DNA from: a virus
Taxonomy: Duplodnaviria; Caudoviricetes
Length of the DNA: 64,000 bases
Direction: 5' to 3' (one strand)
IMG/VR virus record: IMGVR_UViG_3300032295_002257
Location: 15,492-79,491 of that record
The position numbers and the translations under genes are program-made. Below the pieces are notes generated by a model that saw nothing but the letters and a program-made list of their open reading frames with translations, made no database searches and was not told the origin of the DNA. Below, piece after piece: positions 57,373 to 64,000 of this stretch (the first letter of the stretch is position 1; each line of letters starts with the position of its first letter).

Positions 57373-58197
57373 TTAGAAGTTTACACCCAATCCAAAAGTT
57401 TTGCTATTGATTATCGGGTCATAATCAAACTTTATTGTTAAATTTTTAAAATCATGTAACGCTCCTATTTTAACAGTTGTAAATCTATCTCTATATTTTG
57501 GAAAAGTAATATATCCAATATCATCCTTACCTCTCCACTTCACATCTTCAGTCACACTACCAATCATCATGTGGATACCTGTTCTTTTGATTCTCTTACC
57601 AATACCAACATAGAAACTACTTTGTTTTACCAAATCATTCACCATTGGAAAATCGACTTGTGTTATATTACCATAAGGAAAGAATGTTGAATTATCTCTT
57701 TCAAATGTTGAATTGTATTCAGCTATAAAATATGCTTTGTTTCCCATTGTAAAAAATCCACCAATTTGATTGCCGCCTGTTTTCTGAATACCAAAACTAA
57801 TTACAGGCTTCTTACCTCTAATTGTATCTCTCTTACCATCGTTATAAACATAAATTCTTGCAGGTTGGCGGTATCCCCAATCGTTCCAATAGAACGATGG
57901 TTGCCAAAAGTTCCATCCAAAGCCAGGTGCTCCCCACATATTCCATCTGTTCCATCCCCATCCCCAATCATTCCATAACCAAGGGTTATTGTTAATGATT
58001 ATGTTAGAACCAGGTTTTGTTTGTCGTGGTCTATTGAACTCTCTCGGTCCATCGTTTCTCCACATACTTATATCACTTCTCTGCCCTTGTATGGAAGGAG
58101 TTGATGTTCTAGGTTGTGGATGATTACTTCTCCAATTACTAACTTGTGAGAAAGCTAGTGTTGGGATAAATGCCAATAAAAATAATAGGTTTTTCAT
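57373..58197 (-). CDS. Outer-membrane beta-barrel protein with Trp/Gly/Asn-rich N-terminal segment
   Basis: Signal peptide, WNDWGWGWNRWNMWG, alternating strands, terminal FGLGVNF. Late motif at 58219-58226. Confidence 0.65.
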   Translation of the reverse strand: MKNLLFLLAFIPTLAFSQVSNWRSNHPQPRTSTPSIQGQRSDISMWRNDGPREFNRPRQTKPGSNIIINNNPWLWNDWGWGWNRWNMWGAPGFGWNFWQPSFYWNDWGYRQPARIYVYNDGKRDTIRGKKPVISFGIQKTGGNQIGGFFTMGNKAYFIAEYNSTFERDNSTFFPYGNITQVDFPMVNDLVKQSSFYVGIGKRIKRTGIHMMIGSVTEDVKWRGKDDIGYITFPKYRDRFTTVKIGALHDFKNLTIKFDYDPIINSKTFGLGVNF

Positions 58198-58226
58198 AGG
58201 TATATTATTTAGTTACCTATAAATAT

Positions 58227-58253
58227 AAAAAAAGGGAGTATTCACTCCCTTTT
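58227..58253 (-). terminator. Intrinsic terminator after the TonB receptor-lipoprotein pair
   Basis: AAAGGGAGT-ATTC-ACTCCCTTT hairpin with A tract. Confidence 0.75.
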
Positions 58254-58257
58254 AATG

Positions 58258-59457
58258 TTAATTTCCTTTAGATGGGAATCTAGTCCATCCATTAACCCAT
58301 ACAGGCTTATCTAATTCAGGTATTACCACATCTATCTCCTTATTACTCTTTGAAAGTGCTAGAGTTTTCAATTGGTCATTTGTTAAGATTGTAGTTGCTT
58401 TACTGATAAAGTTTAAGGTGGGATTAAATGTTCCTACTGAATTGTTTTCAAATACTGAAACTCCATCTTTTACGAATCCTGCAGTTTCATTACTTTCCAA
58501 ACTTAAACCACCTTTCATCCAACCCCAAATAATACTATTCTTCATTGTGAATTGAGTTGCTCTCCTAAATCTCAAACCTAAATTGTGGTTTGCTAAAGCA
58601 GAAGATACATTTGGTCCAACTAAAATCATATTGTAAAGTTTTGGATGTGTGTATGGAGTTGCCGTTGAACCTGTTCCATCATTATCACATTCTACACCAT
58701 TTCCAGCATCACCATTATCTACGAATTGTGGGTCTCTCTTTGCTACACCATTTGTAATAGTTCCAGTGAATCCAAAATCAAAATCAAAATCATCATCTGC
58801 GGTTGCGAATGCATATAAGTTTCTAGGTGATACAGTTCCACCAAAGAATTCAAATGCATCATCGTTGGCGTAAATAGTTTGAACATTTTCAATGATTGTT
58901 CCACTACCAACTCCACCTAATGTTAGTGCGTTGATTTCAGAATTTGGCATTGCTGCGATACCTGCGTATTCTATTCTTACAAAACGAAGAACACCACTAT
59001 TATCTAAATCGTTTGTTCCACCATAAGGTCTACCAATACCACCTTCGATTGTTGGTTCGGATGTTCTATTGGTTTTTGCTCTACCCAGTATAACGATACC
59101 ACCCCAATCGCCAGGTTGCTTCTCACCATTTGCTCTACCCGATGTAAATACAATTGGTTTGGTTGCAGTTCCTTCCGCAATTATTTGTGCTCCTCTTTCG
59201 ATACACAATGCTCCCTTTTCAGCAATATCGGATACGATTGTTGTACCCGGCTGAATGATAAGTTTAGCTCCATCGGTTACATATACATAACCTTTCAATG
59301 TCCAAACTTTATCCGCAGTTAAAGTTGTTGTTGTATTGATGTTGCCTGAAAGTGTAGTTGATGTTGGGATGTTAATTGGTGCAGTATCTCCACCACCTAA
59401 TTCCTTTTCGCAACTCAATAATCCAAATGCTAAAATAGCCACTAATAGTTTTCTCAT
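58258..59457 (-). CDS. Surface lipoprotein, right-handed beta-helix-like, partner of the TonB-dependent receptor
   Basis: LAFGLLS-C lipobox, GDWGGIVILG, VRIEYAG, EINALTLGGVGSGT, DDAFEFFGG and DDDFDFD. Confidence 0.8.
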   Translation of the reverse strand: MRKLLVAILAFGLLSCEKELGGGDTAPINIPTSTTLSGNINTTTTLTADKVWTLKGYVYVTDGAKLIIQPGTTIVSDIAEKGALCIERGAQIIAEGTATKPIVFTSGRANGEKQPGDWGGIVILGRAKTNRTSEPTIEGGIGRPYGGTNDLDNSGVLRFVRIEYAGIAAMPNSEINALTLGGVGSGTIIENVQTIYANDDAFEFFGGTVSPRNLYAFATADDDFDFDFGFTGTITNGVAKRDPQFVDNGDAGNGVECDNDGTGSTATPYTHPKLYNMILVGPNVSSALANHNLGLRFRRATQFTMKNSIIWGWMKGGLSLESNETAGFVKDGVSVFENNSVGTFNPTLNFISKATTILTNDQLKTLALSKSNKEIDVVIPELDKPVWVNGWTRFPSKGN

Positions 59458-61931
59458 AAATTTAAATTTAATGTTAATGAAATTGTTTGTTCGTTGTTTG
59501 TTTTTATCAAATTTCGGTTTTGTAACTTTTGATAATAGATTGATGGTTGCGCAAATACATCACCTATTGCCAATTTTATTTCTCCTTTCGGAAGTTTATG
59601 TAAAAGAGTTATATCCAATACATCTCTACTATTTTCAAAGATGTTTGGGTAACCCTGAAATCCTACTGCTGATATTCTATCTCCAACTCTATTGTAAGTT
59701 ATGTTGATAGTATTTTTCTTTTTGTGAATGTTTACTCCACTATTTAACACATAGTTTGATTGTCCTTGCAATTGTCTTTTTACACCATTCACTTCTACTT
59801 CCGAATTCATTACCGAAGCGTTTGTGTAGAAATCAAACCAATCATTTATCTTTTTACGAACTTCCAATTCAACACCATATAGGATAGCTGAATTAGGGTT
59901 TGTATAAGTTAATAATAAGTTTGATGGAACTGAACCATCTGCTACAATTTGTTCAATCGGTTTAATGAAGTTCTTACCAAATAGAGAAAGTGAAATGTTC
60001 TCACCTGCCTTTGGATACCATTCGTATTTAAGGTCTACATTATATATGTCAGATTTTTCTAACTTTGAGTTTCCTAATATTTGTGCGTTTCTAACAAAAT
60101 CATAATAAGCAAAATTAGCTACTTCTCTAAACTCCGGTCTTGCTAATGTTTTACTTAATGAGAATCTATACTTTGTTTTTTCTTCGTTGTATGAAATGTT
60201 TAAGGATGGTAGTATATCCAAATATTCTCTATCTACATTTACTTTCTGTCCACTAAAATCTGCGGTTGATACATCGAATAAATTATACTCACCTCTTAAT
60301 CCGGTGTTTAATTTCCATTTACCAAATTCAGTATCATACATTGTGTAAAGAGAACCCAAATCAAAATCGGCTGTGTATTTGTCCGTATTGTTTGTAATCT
60401 CATCTAACATATCAGTTGATAGGTTACGAAATATTCTAGCATTAAATCCTCTGATTCTTTTTAAGTATCCACCACCCACTTTAATATCTCCAAATTGTTT
60501 GTTGATATTACCATTGAAAGAATTCTCATCCATCACACTCCAAAAACGATAGGTATCTCTCCATGCAGTTTGGTATGGCTCATTTACTCCTAATGATTTT
60601 GTAATTGGATTAATTCGGTAATCAGGTTGCTCTCTGAAAGTATATGTGTATCCTACATTGAAATCTAATGTCTTAACCTTACCATCTAATTGAGAACTGA
60701 TTACAACATTGTTAATATGATTTGATGCAGTAGATAAAACATTCTGAACATTATCAAAGTTATCACCATTACGGGTTAAGTATGTATCATCTTTTTGATA
60801 GTTCACTAATGTTTTCCAACTATATCTATTCTCACCTAAATAGGTCAAATTGAATAAACCATTTGTAGAAAATCTTTTTGTAAATAAAACATCTTTGTAA
60901 TCATACGCCAATTCAGTTGATGATTGGTAATCCTTTCTATCAATGTTATTTAGTGTGAATGAGTTTCGGATTGTAGAACTCAATAGAGAATTCCATTTAC
61001 CTTTCGTATATCCGAATGATAATCCTCCGTTTAAGTTTGGTAGTGATTGAAATGATTCCGTAGATGGGTTACCAAATAGTTTAGTGTATGCTCTCTTATC
61101 GCCATTTCCACTAATTCGATATTTGTATGTTGATGGGAATGTGGAAGGGAAATCGGTAGATTGAACTAACTTGAAATCTTTCGAAGTTGAAACCGAGCCC
61201 CAACCACTTCCCAATGAGATATTAAAAAAGTTGTCAGATACTTCTTTTGTTGTTATTTGAACCAGCCCACCACTCCAATCACCTGGCAGATTTGCTGATG
61301 CTGATTTGGCAACTATGATGTTATCGATTAGTGATGTTGGAATTATATCGAATGAAAATGCTCTCCTATCAGGTTCAGTTGATGGTAATTGTGTTTTGTT
61401 TAGTAGTGCCGAATTGTATCTATCTGCTAATCCTCTTACTAATACAAACTTATCGTTTTGTATTGTTACACCACTTACTCTTTTAAGTGCATCACCAACA
61501 TTTCTATCGGGAGTTTTCTTAATAAAATCAATTGATAATCCATCCGATACAACATTACTATTTCGTATTGTTCTTACAACTGCCGCTTCGGTTACCTTTT
61601 GAGAAACACTTCTTACAACAACTTCGGATAGCTGTTTTGCATCATCAGGAAATACAATATCAAATTCAGTGTCCTTATCAAACACTACTTCGTTTGTATA
61701 TTCAGTATATCCAACAAATGTAGATTTGATTTGGTATTTTCCTTCTTTTAATACAATAGAGTATTTCCCATCCGTATCTGATATGGTTGTAAATACATCA
61801 CCATTTTGGTTTTTGAAAGAAATGTGTGAAAAGTAAAGTGTTTCCGATTTGGATTTTGTAACACCTTTGATAGTTACTTGCGAAAATAATATATTCGGCA
61901 AAAGTAATAATAAAAAAAGAAACGATTTCAT
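59454..61931 (-). CDS. TonB-dependent outer-membrane receptor (N-terminal carboxypeptidase-regulatory-like domain, plug, barrel)
   Basis: LSEVVV TonB-box-like segment, plug DALKRVSGV...VRGLADRY...DIIPTSLID...GGLVQITT, barrel with SKTLARPEFRE and NVDLKYEWYP. Confidence 0.92.
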   Translation of the reverse strand: MKSFLFLLLLLPNILFSQVTIKGVTKSKSETLYFSHISFKNQNGDVFTTISDTDGKYSIVLKEGKYQIKSTFVGYTEYTNEVVFDKDTEFDIVFPDDAKQLSEVVVRSVSQKVTEAAVVRTIRNSNVVSDGLSIDFIKKTPDRNVGDALKRVSGVTIQNDKFVLVRGLADRYNSALLNKTQLPSTEPDRRAFSFDIIPTSLIDNIIVAKSASANLPGDWSGGLVQITTKEVSDNFFNISLGSGWGSVSTSKDFKLVQSTDFPSTFPSTYKYRISGNGDKRAYTKLFGNPSTESFQSLPNLNGGLSFGYTKGKWNSLLSSTIRNSFTLNNIDRKDYQSSTELAYDYKDVLFTKRFSTNGLFNLTYLGENRYSWKTLVNYQKDDTYLTRNGDNFDNVQNVLSTASNHINNVVISSQLDGKVKTLDFNVGYTYTFREQPDYRINPITKSLGVNEPYQTAWRDTYRFWSVMDENSFNGNINKQFGDIKVGGGYLKRIRGFNARIFRNLSTDMLDEITNNTDKYTADFDLGSLYTMYDTEFGKWKLNTGLRGEYNLFDVSTADFSGQKVNVDREYLDILPSLNISYNEEKTKYRFSLSKTLARPEFREVANFAYYDFVRNAQILGNSKLEKSDIYNVDLKYEWYPKAGENISLSLFGKNFIKPIEQIVADGSVPSNLLLTYTNPNSAILYGVELEVRKKINDWFDFYTNASVMNSEVEVNGVKRQLQGQSNYVLNSGVNIHKKKNTINITYNRVGDRISAVGFQGYPNIFENSRDVLDITLLHKLPKGEIKLAIGDVFAQPSIYYQKLQNRNLIKTNNEQTISLTLNLNL

Positions 61932-61953
61932 AAATTATTAAGTTAGTTCCTCA

Positions 61954-61961
61954 ATAACTAT
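61954..61961 (-). promoter_or_regulatory. Variant late-promoter motif ATAGTTAT upstream of the TonB receptor
   Basis: Lies 22 nt upstream of ATG 61931, the same spacing as the ATATTTAT sites. Confidence 0.5.
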
Positions 61962-62012
61962 GGAATCGCTTCTCTAAATAGGTTAAATCTATATTATGAA
62001 ATTATTAAATTA

Positions 62013-62387
62013 CTAATCTTTATATAATATGTTTGAAAACTTTGAATACATATATTTTTCGAACAATCGGTTTTCTAATTTTTTGAATTTAGCTGATTGA
62101 TCTCTTTTACCTTTATATGCATCCCCTTCCGTTTCTAATTTTATCTGATGTGTTAGTTCGTGTATTATTGCATATTCGGGGTCTATCATTTTTTTTACAT
62201 CAAAAGAAATGTAAAGAGGTTTCATCGTTTTAACATTAAATGTTGTTGCAGCTCCACCATACGCAACGTTACCAAATCTTACAGGTAACGGAGTTATCTT
62301 TTCGTTTTTACATAAGGCCTCATAATACGCTTTTATATTAGCTGGATTACGGTCTCCTTCGTTTAATATATTATTTAATTTTATCAT
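62013..62387 (-). CDS. Putative internal head protein, HExxH zinc-metallopeptidase-like, with MIKLNNILNE leader
   Basis: IIHELTHQ motif; leader shared with 15548-16252. Confidence 0.55.
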   Translation of the reverse strand: MIKLNNILNEGDRNPANIKAYYEALCKNEKITPLPVRFGNVAYGGAATTFNVKTMKPLYISFDVKKMIDPEYAIIHELTHQIKLETEGDAYKGKRDQSAKFKKLENRLFEKYMYSKFSNILYKD

Positions 62388-62608
62388 AGAACTATTTTTT
62401 TATCTATGTTATATTTTTCGTAAAAGTTATTAAGAGTTTTGACTAAATCATTAATCATATCCTTTGCTTCTTGTTGAGATTTAATATCTCCTGCTGCAAA
62501 ATCCGTCTTTGTTAATATAGTAGATATTATTTCTCTAGCACGCATACCTTGTACTGAAAACTTTTCATCAATGGTTTCTTCTACTAATATATTCTTTAAC
62601 TTAATCAT
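62384..62608 (-). CDS. Putative internal head protein with MIKLKNILVEE leader
   Basis: Shared N-terminal leader. Confidence 0.5.
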   Translation of the reverse strand: MIKLKNILVEETIDEKFSVQGMRAREIISTILTKTDFAAGDIKSQQEAKDMINDLVKTLNNFYEKYNIDKKIVL

Positions 62609-63330
62609 TAGTTTGGAAAAATTCCTTTTTTAATCATTCTATCTAAAATTCTAGCACAAGCTATATCCAATGCTTTCTTAGTTGCAATTGAAATAGTTGA
62701 TTGATTGAATTTCATTTCATCAACAGTTGCATCTGATAATAGAGTTAGTTCTCTTGTTGTTTTTGCTTCACCCAATCCACTTGCTCCAAATACTACTCCA
62801 GTCTCTGCGTTGGTAAAACGAACCTGTAAACCAATACGAGTTACCATAAGGTTCTTCACACCATCTTTAAGGTTTACTGTCTCATCTTCCGATACTGAAT
62901 AATCATAACATTCAATTGTCACAAAGTATTCTGCTAAGTTAATCTTTCCTCTACCATCTAATTTGTTTTCGGAAATACCAGCTTGCGATGCTTGGAATTG
63001 CTTAACCATTCGGTTCTTAATTTCCGTTTTATCTTCGGTAAATTTGAAACGATTTAGGTTTTCCAAATATTCCATTGAAATGTTAGCCACACCCAAACCA
63101 ACTCTTTTTTCTTTAAGTTCAGGATACATTTCATACATCTCATCACTAATACCTGCTTTTAGAATTTGGATAGGAATTTGCTTTCCTTCATAATCTAAGA
63201 ATTGAGAAATATCAATTGCGGTTTCAAATGATGCTTTATATTGCTCGGTTTTTGTGCTTCCTACTGTTTGAGCAACAACCACAACACTGCTTAACAAAAA
63301 GAAACTTAATAATAGAGATAATTTTTTCAT
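62608..63330 (-). CDS. CsgG/HfaB-like exported protein
   Basis: Signal peptide; LGVANISMEYLENLNRFKF, AEYFVTIECYDY and VRFTNAETG follow the CsgG-fold pattern. Late motif at 63355-63362. Confidence 0.55.
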   Translation of the reverse strand: MKKLSLLLSFFLLSSVVVVAQTVGSTKTEQYKASFETAIDISQFLDYEGKQIPIQILKAGISDEMYEMYPELKEKRVGLGVANISMEYLENLNRFKFTEDKTEIKNRMVKQFQASQAGISENKLDGRGKINLAEYFVTIECYDYSVSEDETVNLKDGVKNLMVTRIGLQVRFTNAETGVVFGASGLGEAKTTRELTLLSDATVDEMKFNQSTISIATKKALDIACARILDRMIKKGIFPN

Positions 63331-63362
63331 ACATAGTTTGTTTATATTATAGATATAAATAT

Positions 63363-63391
63363 AAAAAAAGGGAGAAATTGTGTTTCTCCCT
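63363..63391 (-). terminator. Intrinsic terminator after the DUF2589-like genes
   Basis: AGGGAGAAA-TTGTG-TTTCTCCCT hairpin with A tract. Confidence 0.75.
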
Positions 63392-63397
63392 CTTAAT

Positions 63398-63874
63398 TTA
63401 CTTTACATTTGGATCTTCCAAATTTTTAATGTATTCATCAATCAACCTACTTACGGCTTCAGGTTTTTCATCCGCTTTAAACTTAACCTTTATTTTAGCC
63501 ATACCTGCTTCAGTTGGATTGTAACCGGAATCAACTTCAATCCCTTTGATATTGTGTTCATATCCTTTTTTCTTAAATAACCCCAATAGAGATTTTTTAA
63601 GACTGGATACTTCTTTATCTTCATCACCAAATATAAGCCTACAAGAGAACTCAATATCTAATTCATCCAATCCAATAGATGAGTGGTCCGCTAAAATATA
63701 AAGAGGAACAACCAAATCTTTACCACCTATATTAAAGGAAGTAGTTTTGGGTGTTCCATCTTCATTGAAATAGTTTCGGAGAGCATTAATATGCTGTCTT
63801 TCACTTATACCTTGAGAAACCATAGCGGCCTCTAAGAGACCGCCAACTAGTTCCTCTACATTTAATCTTGCCAT
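63398..63874 (-). CDS. DUF2589-like protein
   Basis: N-terminal helix, GTPKT, VPLYIL, LDELDIEF and IKVKFKADEKPEAVSRLID. Confidence 0.6.
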   Translation of the reverse strand: MARLNVEELVGGLLEAAMVSQGISERQHINALRNYFNEDGTPKTTSFNIGGKDLVVPLYILADHSSIGLDELDIEFSCRLIFGDEDKEVSSLKKSLLGLFKKKGYEHNIKGIEVDSGYNPTEAGMAKIKVKFKADEKPEAVSRLIDEYIKNLEDPNVK

Positions 63875-63900
63875 AATATATAACCTTTATTTTTTAATTA

Positions 63901-64000
63901 TTACTTTCTTTCTTCAGTAAGTGGAATTAAAGATGGTTCTAACATTTGAGTTAGGTAATCTGATAATTTCAACATACCTTCAGTTGCTGGTAATTGTTCA
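63901..64000 (-). CDS. C-terminus of a second DUF2589-like protein (5' end off the window)
   Basis: EQLPATEGMLKLSDYLTQMLEPSLIPLTEERK-stop; PxxEG followed by a helix mirrors the KPEAV end of the next gene. Confidence 0.5.
   Translation of the reverse strand, partial: EQLPATEGMLKLSDYLTQMLEPSLIPLTEERK

Larger units (their letters stand above)
2855..63362 (-). promoter_or_regulatory. Dispersed phage late-promoter motif ATATTTAT (individual sites given in evidence)
   Basis: Plus-strand ATAAATAT at 2855, 9535, 15524, 16261, 17170, 19139, 30616, 34993, 35967, 36794, 45980, 46602, 52086, 55678, 58219 and 63355. Each is intergenic and mostly about 20-26 nt upstream of a minus-strand start. Confidence 0.7.

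Noticed and set aside
1160-63580. The many short plus-strand ORFs in the track (e.g. 12027-12524, 27188-27523, 54271-54690, 59336-59707)
   Set aside because: They lie antisense inside well-supported minus-strand genes, have biased shadow-frame composition and show no motifs.
1-64000. Stop-codon reassignment, seen in some large Bacteroidota phages
   Set aside because: Code 11 gives near-complete gene coverage, and TAG/TGA stops fall at natural ends overlapping the next start (e.g. 843, 38408, 62384).
1-64000. tRNA, rRNA, CRISPR array, IS/transposase, integrase, DGR
   Set aside because: No cloverleaf, repeat-spacer array, transposase, recombinase or reverse-transcriptase motif found by eye. 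Gaps are too short except 53568-53874. The GGTTCG at 46572 belongs to the Hsp20 leader and lacks tRNA arms.

Overview
A 64-kb, very AT-rich, densely coding segment of a large contractile-tailed (myovirus-like/jumbo) bacteriophage. Almost all genes lie on the minus strand and read in standard code 11. The host is very probably Bacteroidota: seven intergenic TTTG-N20-TAnnTTTG-type sigma-70 promoters, lipoproteins, a TonB-dependent receptor and A-rich, SD-less starts. Left to right: glycosyltransferases; a 2210-aa tail fibre with an S74 chaperone; a fused Mre11-Rad50 (SbcD-SbcC) nuclease and a primase; a collar/baseplate/spike block with two peptidoglycan hydrolases; a gp55-like sigma factor; nucleotide and stress auxiliary genes (thyA, uvsE, iscA, Hsp20, phoH, dCMP deaminase, nucleotidases); spanin-like genes; and a cell-envelope module at the right end (two beta-barrels, a beta-helix lipoprotein, a TonB-dependent receptor, a CsgG-like protein and two DUF2589-like genes). 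A second upstream motif, ATA(T/C/G)TTAT, marks the presumed late promoters. Best leads: (1) the phage-promoter-driven outer-membrane module; (2) a family of MIKLxxILxE-leader proteins plus an Ntn hydrolase that look designed for Glu-specific head-protease processing; (3) a catalytically dead peptide-deformylase homologue; (4) a dispersed glycosylation/sulfation toolkit. No tRNA, rRNA, CRISPR or IS element was found. Family assignments come from motif recognition, not database searches.
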